In this document: positions 11,201-23,483 of the stretch, piece by piece | Layout: every line of letters starts with the position of its first letter | Position numbering within the stretch: the stretch's first letter is position 1 | DNA from: Marsupella aquatica | Lineage: Eukaryota > Plantae > Marchantiophyta | NCBI GenBank assembly: GCA_973895155.1 | Contig: OZ316891.1 | Coordinates: 7,935,775 to 7,999,774 of the forward strand | DNA: 64,000 nucleotides | Reading direction: 5' to 3' | Made by a program: the position numbers and the translations under genes | Notes under the pieces: model-generated | Told to the model about the DNA's origin: nothing | The model's input: only the letters and a program-made list of their open reading frames with translations | The model's database searches: none

Positions 11201-13086
11201 CAGATCATGACAGCGATGGCGATTGCGGGCTGAAGCCGTTGGTCGGAGGAGTGGACGTGAAGGGAGCGATCACAGCGAGCATTGCGAGGGGTAAGCTTGT
11301 AGCTACGCGAGGATACAACGATCAGGAAATGGGTTGTGATTACGGAGTCTCGGAATTTGGAAGGCTGTCGACGTCGACCTCTGCGTCTATGGTGGTGAAG
11401 TTCGCGAACCCGTGGTGGCGGGAGGTACCGGTGCTAATTTGGCGGTCGCTGATCAACATCAGCCGGACTCCCGAGCTGTTTCTTATGCGCTTGGGAACTG
11501 TGGTGGTGACGGGCTTCTTGTTGGCAACTGTGTTTTGGGGACTCGATCACAGTCCCAAGGGAGTCCAGGAGCGTCTCGGTTTCTTTGCCTTCGCTATGTC
11601 CACCACCTTCTACACTTGCGCTGATGCTCTTCCCGTTTTCCTTCAGGTTCGTACTCTTCTTAGCTTCAGCTCAATTCATCTCGCATGGAGACCATGTCTT
11701 GACTCAGGCACCAGCTTTAAATTTCTTCCTTCATGGATCAATCATTAAACATTGTGTCTCCTGTGACTCTTAACGCGTTCATGGATCAATTATTAAACAT
11801 TGTGTCTCCTGTGACTCTAAGTGCGTGCACGAAGCGCTTCCGAGAATAGCAGGCAAAGCTCAAGATGATCAGAACTCCTAGATAAGTCCCAGATTTATGA
11901 GGATGATCATAGTTGTCAATTCTGTTGATCGAAATATCCGAGATCTCTCCAAACTAAAGAGAATATTATCTGAACGTTTTCTAGGGAGTCGATCACTGCT
12001 CCTGCCTAGACATTGACCCATTGTGTTGCATCCTCGGTTGCATCTGCCTAGACATTGACCCATTGTGTTGCATCCTCGGTTGCATCTCTGTATATAATGC
12101 ACGTTGGACCGTCAGGGCAGGGACGGCGGGTTTCGGTAGGCAAGTCCCAGTACTTGTCTGGAGGTCGATACCCAGTTGGAATGAGAACACCTCTCATGCC
12201 AAGATTACCGTACCGCATCTTCAATAGGCCTCCAATAGCACCCATCTTAGACAATCGTAAAGTTCGTCGAGAATTGCGTCATCAAATTGTAGGTCCAGTG
12301 CAATTCCTGAAGTCAGTGTAGTACTACTGAGAGTACTTATTTGATCATTAAACGGGTTGGCCCATTCTGCTGCAGGAACGTTATATCTTCATGCGGGAAA
12401 CGGCTCACAACGCTTATCGAAAGTCATCATACGTCCTGGCCAATGCTATCATCTACATTCCTTTCCTTGCGATTCTATCCATTGCGTTCTCGGTCACTAT
12501 TTGGTGGGCAGTGGGGCTCGCAGGAGGAAGTCCAGGCTTTGGGTTCTTTTTCTTGGTCGTCTGGGCGTCGTTCTGGGCTGGAAACTCCTTCGTTACTCTG
12601 CTCTCGGCGTTGCTGCCCAACGTGATGCTGGGGTACACGATCGTGGTGGCAATCCTGGCCTACTTCCTACTGCTGAGTGGATTCTTCATCTCCAGGGATC
12701 GCATTCCCAAGTATTGGCTCTGGTTCCACTACCTCTCGATAATAAAGTACCCATACGAAGCAGTTTTGATCAATGAGTTCGAGCGAGATGGGAGTTGCTA
12801 CGAACGAGGCTCAGAGATTCTCTACGGCACGCCTCTGGCTGGGATTCCAGATCCTGCTCTGTTGAATGGTATACTGGGATTTCTCCGAACAGCTCTGGTA
12901 GGGACTCCCTACGAAACTCTTAATGGCAACACTTGCATCACCACAGGACATGATATTCTCGTCAGCCGGGATATAAACCAGTTGTCCAAGTGGGCACTCT
13001 TGGCAGTCACCTTCTCCTTTGGGGTCTTCTTTCGGTTGCTCTTCTACGTGGTGCTACGATTCAGTGGCAAGAACAGGAGAAGCTAG
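8243..13086 (+). CDS. ABCG: ABC transporter G family half-transporter (WBC), ABCG1/2/6/16/20 clade; 3 exons, ~895 aa
   Basis: Exons 8243-9145, 10573-11646 and 12376-13086; both introns are GT-AG, phase 0. Motifs: Walker A GPSGSGKS, Q-loop [19 protein letters not shown], signature VSGGERRRVSIGIDIIHDP, Walker B LLFLDEPTSGLDSTSA, H-loop SIHQP, then a TMD with [41 protein letters not shown]. These match the recalled AtABCG1-type wording better than STR/STR2. Confidence 0.95.
11730..11826. repeat. ~48-bp tandem duplication in ABCG intron 2
   Basis: ttcatggatcaat(c/t)attaaacattgtgtctcctgtgactct starts at 11730 and again at 11778. Confidence 0.9.
12002..12087. repeat. Perfect 42-bp tandem duplication in ABCG intron 2
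   Basis: ctgcctagacattgacccattgtgttgcatcctcggttgcat starts at 12002 and again at 12044. Confidence 0.95.
12132..12210 (+). pseudogene. Degenerate ABCG exon fragment inside intron 2
   Basis: It translates to FGRQVPVLVWRSI, then after a frameshift MRTPLMPRL. The host exon 2 reads WWREVPVLIWRSLINISRTPELFLMRL. Confidence 0.6.
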
Positions 13087-15159
13087 TTTTCCCGCAGATA
13101 CGAACATTCAAACACATTAATTTAAGTTTCCAGTCGGCCCTCCAGTCAAGTTCAGTGCCACAACCATCGACAGTTCCCGAAATGCTGATGACCTCAGCCA
13201 CAGTTTTGGTCTTGGATTGGGCTCGGAAGATTCAAGGATCTGACTGTAAGTTAGGTGTCAATTCTGAGTTGCTATTTCATGAGCCCGTACTTGTATTCTA
13301 GTCAATCCACAAAAATTTTGTTTGCCGCAGTAGCCCCATTTGCGGGCAGTCTCGCAAAGAAGAAATCTTCAAAGGGAATTCTACTTCCCGCGTCCACATA
13401 GGAAAGTAGGTTGCCGGACATAATATCTACTAGACTTGGGTGAGTATTCTAGTCATCCAGTCTATTACTGGGAGTATGACATTTTGCAGAAAAACGGCTG
13501 TGCTTGTCATTCAAACAGATCTCTTATCAGTCAATCTAGAGAGAGCAGACTGAAGTCTGGTCCACTGATTTTTGTTAGGAAGTGTTCCGCTGTTGTTCAG
13601 AACTCCTCGTAAAGCGACTCCAAAATTATATAGACACAAGCGTGGTTGAATCATATACCCGGAACAGTGCTTTGAAGAGAGTCGCTAATAGCACTGAAGG
13701 CACGTCAATCATTCCTGTCTTCACGCCCTGGTACTGATATCCCACTTTGATGGCACTGCGCATGGCCCTTAGGGCTTGAAGCAGAATCTGTAGGCGTGAA
13801 CACAATGGATGCAGTCCAACTCGATTAATCGGGTAACATTGCCAGAACTTTGGGAATCACGAATTAGCATGGAATTGGATCCAAGCATAATGGTTAGCAT
13901 AGATCCAACATTTGCTACACCCTCTTATGCATGATCAGAATCATTGTACGAACTTCAAGCAGGCAGTCCGTCATTGTCATAGTCTACTGTCAAATCTACT
14001 TGTTACGAGCAATGCCATCTGCACGGAATGGCAATGGCTCGATATCATTAATCTGCCCTTCAAAGTAAGGGTCCTAACCTTCCGGTCATCAACACTGCGT
14101 CCTACAGATGGAAAGTCAAGTGTGCATATTACTCCAAAACCCAATGGGAATCGCTTAGAACATGTCCACTTTGATCGCAAAGAACACTACATTGTCTACA
14201 TGACGAGAGTTGACCCAAGAGTCATGAGACTAGCAGGAGTAATGGCCAATGGGCAAAACTTCATCACTCTTATGCATTAAACCCTTTGCCAGGGGTATCT
14301 TTCAGGCACAAGCTCAGACATCCCACTCTGAGTCGGGCATCAATAAACCTCGACAATGTTTACATCGTGCACTCCGTTGCCAGAAATACTTCCAACAATC
14401 GAATGGTAATTGAAACACTTCCCTTAAACAAGTGAACATCAGTGGTTGCGACTACCGTCACTCAGTTTAAGCAGGGCGCAGTTCATAGCTAACATGGCAC
14501 ACAAAGCAAAGCGAGGGATGGGAAGCTATGTACTTCAGTTGTCAGCATCCTGGCTGCATACCAAGTATACCTACACTATCGTTGATGGAAGCATATTCTG
14601 CTCAAGATTTGCTTGCTTGAAAACTGCAATTAAGTGTTCGTCCCTCACAAATCGGGAAGTGTCAACGTCCTTTCTCATTTGGTGCACCGAGTCCTAGATT
14701 TCCATTCAGGAAGTGATATTCCTGCCGATCCACCAATCCAGAAAACCTGAACATATGAACTTGAGATTGCCCTTGTAAGAGTTACTTAAATGAGAGCTCT
14801 TTGGTTGATGCCCCTCACAAGCGAAGTGTAACCTAGTTTCTGGCGGAGAGACGCTGGTTTGAGAGAAACTAGTAAGCGCCTAGTGAATTAAATTCATCTC
14901 TGGATTACCTTACACCTGATCGATTGCATTTTACAGATTTAATATTCTCCTCATTCCAAATTCTGCGTGCTGGACTCTGGCTCCTCCGACTTTAGGTCTC
15001 AACGCAAGCACCTTTGCTTACTTGTTCACTCCAGAAACCCCCCTCCGTCCGTCAGATGTTTTGATACGCGCAAATAAAAAGTAAACAGGGGACTGTGCAC
15101 CTTTCGAGACTTGGCAAAAACTATCGTGCAAGTAGCGAACAGAGGGTGAGGTTCAACGA

Positions 15160-18100
15160 TTAGCCAGACACTGTCAACGCTTCGAGATATTCATCTACAT
15201 GTGCCAAGCATGGCCAATAATCAGTTCTGATCCGAACGAGTGTGGACTCATCTGCTACTTCCATGCGCAAAAGCAAGTGATAGCAAGGGGGAAGAAGAAT
15301 CAGTACCAGAAAACTACCCAGACCACCACGGCTCAACTCGTCCATGCTACTAAATCCTGGGTCCCTCACTTGTATTTGAAGGGAAGACTCCTTGTTCATG
15401 CTCTTCGTCAATGGTGATCCTAGCTGTGGCCCACTCAAAACGTCTGACCCTGAAGAATTTATCTCTTCTACGAGCCACTTCACTTCTTTAAAGGCGCCTC
15501 CATCCTTTGCCATGGTAGACAGAGCACTACCATCCACACCCACAACAAACCGTGCTAAGTACTGTTCCACTGCAGCGACCACCCTGTCTGCTTGTGCTTC
15601 TAACAACTTCACAGATTCAGCGCCAACAATACTCACCACCTCCAAGGCACCTTTCAGTGAGAACGTTTCCGTTCCAAGTCTTCCAGGGCCGCCACATGCC
15701 TCCCACATGCCATCAAATAACTTAAGGAGGTATTCTATTCGATCAGTTGGAGACAAATCTGATGGTACAGGTGGCTTTGTGAAAAGATCCTCTATACTAA
15801 CAGGGATACCATCAAGTTGCCGTTGGACACCGTGTCCTTGTTCATCACTGTATTCCATGCGTACATCTACGAGAGTTGGCACAGGTTGCTTAGGTTCGAG
15901 CTCTATAACCACAAGATGACCAGAAATGGGTCCCTCTAAACCATCACTATCTGTTTGTGGGCTTGTACTATCGGTTTTTTCAGTTGGCCAAAGTCGTGCA
16001 CTCCGTGGTAAATCTTCTGAATGGTACTTTCCTTCACGATCAACGCTCTGCAACATTTGATCGTCATTTATATTTGCACTAGAGCCGTCAACAGATCTCT
16101 CCCTTGTCTTATGAGGAGGCGCACTAAGAAGAAATGGAACCCGGACTTTTGGAATCGGTCCATAAAACCCAGAAGTTTTCAAGGTAATCACAGACCCATA
16201 TATTGCAGGCCAAGAATCCGAAACTCTAGAAACAGAGCTTGATAATGTTGGAGAGTCCCCCGATTCAGATTCAGATTCCGCTGCTAGCCTATCCGGGTAC
16301 TCACCATAGTACTTGAGTGTACAAGGGACTCTAATTTTGAGACCTGCTCCATTAACAAAGTCAGGAACTTCAGCAAAGTGTTTCCTCAAGATAAGAATGA
16401 TCTCAGATGTCCTGGTATCCATCACTCTAAGTGATGGTTGTTCGTGAAAAGGAGTTATGTTTACTGCAACATCCTCTGCTTTCTGAATTACACCAGTACT
16501 TGCTTCAGTTTCGGCATTTCTCTGGGTCTTTTCCTTGCCTGTCCTCCCATTCCCTGGCAGTCTGTCAGGAGATGCACCTTGTGCCCTGTTTGTTGCTTGA
16601 AAAGCGTCGAACAGTACCATCGACCAGGAGTGGCGAATTAAAAGAGGTGTAATCCTCATCAGTTGTACGTAAGATGTCCCTGATGAGGGTTGTTGTTTCT
16701 CCTTGAGAGGAGGCGAAGCCGACCGTAAAAGCGAAGAGACTTGTGGTGCATTTGCTTCATCAACTCGCTCATCTCCATATTTCAAGATGGATCGCAGCTT
16801 ATTTCCTGGAATAGTGATGAGCATCCGTAAATAGAGTCTGCAAAATAGCAGAGAGGTCATCGTCAAAACTTCTTTTGGGTCTGAATACAGCAATACAAAA
16901 AGTTGACAGAATATTTGAATCTTCCGGTGCAATCGAGAGAGAGAAACAAGAGTACAACAGGGATAGTAGTCTAAATCTCCTAGCATTTGTGAACTTTTCT
17001 TAAAGAGAAAAGTTCATTCATCCCCTTTGCGTACCCCTCAAGTGTACTCCTAGATATCTCTACGTTTGCAACTTAACAGATCGTTTGTTTAGGTGTGAAT
17101 CTATGCACAACCTTGATGAGTTTTTTCAATTTCGACTTTGATGAATCTACTGTATAAATGATATGTCAATAGTCATGATTTCCATTTAAAATGTTTTCAG
17201 ATCATGCTCCAGATTAATGGCCCTCCAGTACGTGGTGCCCACTATAGGCGGTCACCTCACAAGTTGACTAATATATCACAGCTTCCCAGTACTTTGGTAA
17301 ACTGGACTGTACAAACTGCAGGGTAACTGCATGATGGCATGGTAAACGCGCCCCACTGCATATATGATTTCGTCAAGAAGTGCGGTGCCTTTTCATTTAT
17401 CTCTATCAGTGAGCCAAAAAGACACTGTTTTACCTTGCGGTGTCACGGACTTCTATATCTGGAAAGAAGGAGCAGAGGAAGCCCAACAACGGAGCAAGAG
17501 TATGAAAAACTCTTGAGCTTTGGTGATGCAAAAGAATTGTTCTACAAATTCCAAGTACTTGTGTGCTGCGGCTCCACAACACCCACTCTTCATAGCCATC
17601 GTCGTCCTCTTCCACTCTTTGTACTACGTAGAACGTAAGCTTGTCAATTAGTGCACCTGGAGGTATCTCTCCATTTTCAGCAATTCTTTCCAGAAGAGGA
17701 AAATACGAAGACAGCCGGCGGTTGGGTTGCAGCTGCGGGAGAAGTTCTTCATTAAATGTTCGAAGAAGCCGTTCTGCTAGTGGACGGTGTGTTGCACAAC
17801 CCATGAGGCGATCTAACAGAGCCACCATATTAGGCACCAGTTTCCACGTCTTTGCCGCCATAGTCACAAAAATGTTCTGCAATGTCTCAAATAATTGAGT
17901 GTCTTTGAAACCAACCTGATTGGATATAAGTGCCGTTCTCCTAGGCGGATGTGGAATTGCCACTGTCAGAAACCTGTGGAAGATATGAAAAGCCAACTGG
18001 GTCTCGCTGCTCCAAGGCGGCAACCATTGATAAGATGATACTGAAAGCAATCCTTCATTTAGAAGTACACTGGGTTCATCCCCACTGCCATTAGTATTGA

Positions 18101-19767
18101 CCAGATTTCCCTGAGATGCTTTTCCACCTTGATCGAAGGCAACAGCACAATGAGCAAGTGCCCCCAGCTTTGCTGCCTTTAGTGAGAGAGGATCAAAGAC
18201 CAAGGGGTAAAGATCTCTAGCATAGGGAGCTATGACTGAGAGGTTTTGCAAGTTGAGATGGAGAGTTTCGATTCCCAGGAGCCAGTGAATACCCAAAAGA
18301 CGGAAAGGTAACGACTGAGAATCATCTTTCGGAAGTGCAATGAGCCGTCTCAAAATGGCCTTCTCTGCTCCGTCCATTGAATCCATGAAGTGAGTGTAGA
18401 TTATTAAGCCGATATGACAAAGAACAGGACTGTAGCTATGTAAAATACCAGAGAAATGAGTCTTTAGAGTAGCACCAGATAGGTCTATGGCTTTGGAGAT
18501 TTTAATTATGCTTGAAACGAGTTCAAGCATCCCAACCGCAGTGAGAAGGTGGGGACGCTCCAACAGAAACGCAACCACCGTGCGGAACTCCCTCAAATTT
18601 CCTGGACAAAGATAACCCATCAGACTTCCCAAACGACTCGTGCTGCAGCCTCCGCCAAAGAGTTCTTCTAGCGCAACATAAGTGCAATTTCAAAAACTTG
18701 CAAAATTGAAACCCAGAGAGTAAATCCATAGCAAGCAGCAACGAACAGCGTTAACGGCCGCCCAACAGGAATTCATCCAGCCGACGCATAGTGTGGAAAA
18801 CACATCGACAATATTCCATCTTCAACTTTAGGCTAAAGTGAGAATTAAAACTTGGACTGGAGAATCAAATAGACTGACCTATCGCTGGCAATTCTGGAAA
18901 CAATTCCGTCAGACTATAACAGGCGAAAGGAATCCGATCACACTCATGCGACTAATAGGAAATAATGAGAGCTGTGTAGAGCCTGACTGTCCGAGTACCT
19001 GGTGTAAGTTCACGTTTTTGTACTGCGTGAATCTCTCTCCCGGGAGTGGATGAAACCAGGAAAAACGGGGCAGAGAAGGGAACCAGTGGAGCTGTGTTTT
19101 GTAGAATTGGTAAGTAGTTGGCTGATTTCGATCTAATCGTGTACATTCGCGTGGAGAGGTTTTCCATAATGGTCGTCAGCAGAAGATTGTAGCTCTGGTT
19201 GACATGAGTCTTCTCTTGACGGCAGAGAAAATGAATGTGGCCCACGCATCCGTAAAGCAAACAAGGGTACGCCATTTCCAATTCCCGTAAGCTGTCGCAA
19301 GATAACCCTCGGAGATGGCGGTCGGACGGATGATTCGGACGATTTATAAACACGAGGAAGAGCTCCACCAACCCTTCCAGCTTCTCTCGTGCGTTATGGA
19401 GAGCGTCCGTGACTATTGCCACAGTTGTGGCCATCACCATCATGCTTTCCCTTATAGCGCTCGTGATGATGACTCCATCGCCTGGAGATTGGAGCACACC
19501 TCGCAGAGACTCTAGAATCATTCCGAGACCTAGGTGCACTTCGGAACCGACGAGGATCTCCGAATTCTCTTCAATAAACACGAGAAGTTGCGCTTTGATC
19601 GGAAAATCCCTCTTCAAGATGATTATCAGGGCTTGCTCTACCAGCGTTAGCCCTGGCCAAATGGTCAGCCATTTCTGCTGCAGATCGGACGATGTCCGAA
19701 AGTCTTGCATGATCTGTTCCCAGTCTTGCACGGATATGCTCTTTCCAACTCCTCCTTTGTCTCCCAT
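15160..19767 (-). CDS. AP5B1: AP-5 adaptor complex subunit beta-1; 3 exons
   Basis: Exons 19767-18999, 18601-17434 and 16837-15160, GT-AG with compatible phases (junctions TP/GNL and DTA/RLY). The N-terminus SVQDWEQIMQDF..KRDFPIKAQLLVFIEE and C-terminus LPPCYHLLLRMEVADESTLVRIRTDYWPCLAHVDEYLEAL match plant AP5B1 as recalled. Confidence 0.9.
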
Positions 19768-20604
19768 TCTGCCCTCCCACGCCACTCCTCCAGCACGGCA
19801 AGGCCGACGACAACTTACAATTCATACAGGGCACCTCTAATTCGGCTAGAATCGCGGTGACAGCCATTGAAATTCCGGAGAAGACATCTAATTCGTCCTC
19901 TGCTCCAAACCTACAAACAGAACCTTTCCACGGCCAAACCAGATCAAGACATCAACACTTCCTCTCGAAACGCTCCAATCTCAAATCCTGAAATATTGAA
20001 CTCGAATCGAATGGTGAGCCGCACTCTTTCCGCCACGAGAAGAAATTCTGGGTATCTCTACGATCACTCGGTATGCAGAATCAGAAGTCGACCGAGCGAC
20101 TCGCAAGCCTTCACTTTATCAGTGAGCTGCTTCTTCGGTTCTCTACATCCGTGCATTACCAGTGAAAACGTACATTAAGGTTTGTGGATGTCTCTTCAAG
20201 GATGGGATTGGCGAAGAACAAAACGCTCCATATAGCTACACAGTTCTAACCGGGAGACATGATTCAAAAGGGGGGAGAGTGGGAGACCCACCAGGGTTCT
20301 CAAAGAAGCTCTTGAATATAGGATTAAGGGCGTAAGGTCTCATTTACAAGGTTATAGGGACTAGCCCAGATTACCCCTTCTTTTAACATGAAAGCTTCTT
20401 TTAACATGAAAGCTGGGAGTACAATAAAAATGTCACCAAAATAATTTTTTTATTCACATTCTTTGAATGCTAATGTCACCAAAATATATTCTTTATTCAC
20501 ATTCTTTGAAAGCTAATGAAATGATAAAAATATCATCATGTATGTAATCATTTGAATAATTATATGTAACATATCATATTTTTTTCTATCCACATCTCTC
20601 TTTA

Positions 20605-20752
20605 AGGACCCCCATTAGGAGTCTCTTGCAAATTCTCTGCCATGAGGTTGTGCCACATCACCACAACCAGCCACAAACAGGAATGATCCTACTTTTAACA
20701 ATAACAAACGTGCACATTCTTGTTTGTGGCAAAAGCAACATAATTTTTTTCT
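20605..20752 (+). repeat. Dispersed repeat family copy (MITE/TE remnant); further copies at ~39920-40050 and ~40925-41045
   Basis: The shared motif string ctcttgcaaattc..ccacatca..agccacaaacaggaa..ttttaacaa.aacaaa.gtgca.attc.tgtttgtggcaa.ag.aac is visible at all three sites; the third copy is more degenerate. Confidence 0.7.
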
Positions 20753-20999
20753 ATGCACATATGTTATGGTGGCTATAAAGTTCATTTTTTAATGTAAATA
20801 GAAATTATGATAAAAATTATACATGTTTATGACATACATTATGGTCATGAGTTTTCACATCCACATGATGAGCCATGGAGTTACAGTCTAGAGGTTTCAC
20901 TCTAGAAGCCTGGGACCCAACTCTAGCCGGTAGTTGACGCTTTATAAGTAAGATGTTGATCTGCATATTTGAGGAGAAATATAAGAGACTATATACTGG

Positions 21000-21189
21000 T
21001 AAAAGAAACTGTATGTATTTTATCATACTTTGAGGTCTTATGTTCACTTATGATAGTCTCCTAAAGGAAAGTGTATGTATTTGTTCATACTTTCAGGTCC
21101 TATGTTCACTTATGATAGTCTCATGATAGTCTCCTAAAGGAAATTGTCTGTATTTGATCATACTTTCAGGTCCTGTGTTGATTTATGAT
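21000..21189. repeat. Three tandem copies of a ~62-bp unit
   Basis: aaaggaaa.tgtatgtatttg.tcatactttcaggtcctatgttcacttatgatagtctcct, three times with substitutions. Confidence 0.85.
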
Positions 21190-23483
21190 TGAACCCGCTG
21201 ACATTGTTTTTGTGTTTACTACCCTCAGTTCTGCAGAGAGACCATATAGGTTATAACCAGAAGTTAAAACATACATGTGAAAAGGAATAACAAGATAAGG
21301 ACCATAAAAAGTGAACCTATGACCTTAAAGTGGACTTTTTTGTAGGTAGGAGACCCAATAGGGCAACACAATAGGAAGTCTCAAATGTCACCGGCGTCTC
21401 ACAGTAGTCTGGGTTTAGTTTCCAGGGGACGTGGCCAAAACATGTTCAACACCAGCCCAAATACTTATGTTGCTGCAGTTTACTGTTTCCCATGTCAATC
21501 ACTCCCCCCCCCCCTTCCACGGCACGGCCTGGACCCAAACAAATGAACCTCAATAGGTCTGTGCATCAGTGAAACTCACTAGCAGGCCACGCTACTGGTA
21601 GTGGCCCTCTCCCGCAGAACACCTAAACAGATCCTTATTTGAGACCCTCTAATAGAGCATCTCAAACCCCCTGTTTCTTGGAGGTTTTAGGTCCCCGGAT
21701 CCTACAGGCCGAGCTGAGGGTCAACAATCTAGGGTTCCCAAAAATCTATACTGCCACTAACTTGGGTGGTCATTGCAAACCACAAAGCAAGCTGGTTTGT
21801 ACTGACTGGCATATGCCTCCTCCTGGCCTTCAACCAGGCTGTTTTGGTTGTGGGCAACCCGGGAAGTGTGATGTCTTTTGGGTTGCCACATGTACTGTCA
21901 ATGACTTGTCCTCTGTTTCTGATGTAGAATTATGAAAAAGCACCAATTTACTAATACTGAGAATTACTACATGACCATTCTCCAGAATGGCCGTGTCATT
22001 GGGGGGTCATTGCCAAAATTTTATTGGGTATGCAAGTTTAGCATACAAAAACTAATCAAAAATATAGAAAATCAATCCTCAAAATGCATACGATGTTGGA
22101 AACACTGTTAGAATCCTCTCAATAAAAACATAATGCGCAAGATGCTGGAAACAATGTCAGGGATGGGAGTGGGAGAGCCTGGAGGGTAGGTCTACTATTC
22201 ACCACGGCAACAAACCTTTAAACACTCTTTAAGGTTGCATGGAGAACACTAAGTCTCTTATCTGAGTCCATTTGAGCATAGTCTGCAGGAATTTTTGGCA
22301 ATTATCATTTTTTGTTCATCGATTACAGCATGGACAAAACCTCATGAGATTGAATTGTGTAATCTACAAACCCATTGTTGGAAGTCTGTGGTGTCTAATT
22401 TCTAACCGATGTTAGTTCACATGGCACTTATTAAACAGGACTGAGATAGAGAGCCCTCCAATTTCTACTAGAGTCTTCTGTTCGAAAGTCTTCATTACCA
22501 TTGAGACAAAACAGTACTTAGCCTATCAACACTTCCTTGGGCAATTCCACAACCATGGTATTCAATCGGAGGCAAGACTCAAACGGTGTTCAGAAGCAGG
22601 CAGGCTTTCCAGAATTGTATTGAATGAAGACATGGGCAAAGGTCTTGGACAGAAAATGCGATAATATTACGATGATTATTTACATTGATAGCAAGTATGA
22701 AATACAACAAACTAACAGTCACCATAATAGCATAGACAACGGTTCAAAACCCAAATTGCCTGCTGTAGCGAGTTTCTTCGACCAAAAACCCTGCAAGAAA
22801 CTTCAATTTTTCGTATCTCTGAAAAAACCAAGATGGCCGGCCACCGGGGCGAAACTATGCCACACTAAACCCTTATCCTTCAAACAATGTACAAGTCGAA
22901 TCTCCCCAAGTGTAGACTGTCAACACTTTAGCGATGTTTATTCTGGACGCCGGTTTCTGATACTAAACTACAACTGGATGCAAGCAACATGCAAAATTTT
23001 CCGCCTGAAGGTAACAGCATATGGATTATGACATTGCTGATTACTCTCTCAGGAGTGGGGGTCCTCACTAGATCGGTGATCAGATCAGGAATTCCAAAGA
23101 AGACCACTGACTCCTGTGCAACTCCAAAGCCAATTCCCAACCACGGCTAATGACTGTCACAGTTCTCCAGTCTCTAAAGTACTTGAACGAAATGAGACAT
23201 TGTTCCGATGAGAATGAGGGCCCTGATTATTTAGCAAAATGAGTGCACGGTTGTGGACCCCAAAGTCGCCGTAGCCTGCCTCTCGCAGCATGAGCTGGAT
23301 AATCGCTCCTTGCATTGGGTGAGAGGATCTGAGCTAGCTAGACTTGACATGTTTAAGATCTGACAGAAATAAGATCAGTAGTCCTTTGTTTGCATGCCAG
23401 ATCGGACGGGTCGAACACTTGTTTTTGCCAACAAGGCAGAAGAGTAGGGTCGCTCACTACGATGAACCTGATCTGGTACCATT

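Noticed and set aside
8243-13086. Calling the ABCG gene STR/STR2 (arbuscular-mycorrhiza transporter)
   Set aside because: The diagnostic wording ([41 protein letters not shown]) fits the ABCG1/2/6/20 clade better as recalled. A phylogeny would be decisive.
15199-19867. + strand and alternative-frame ORFs overlapping AP5B1 (e.g. 15392-15919, 19409-19840)
   Set aside because: They are antisense or off-frame shadows of a long coding region.
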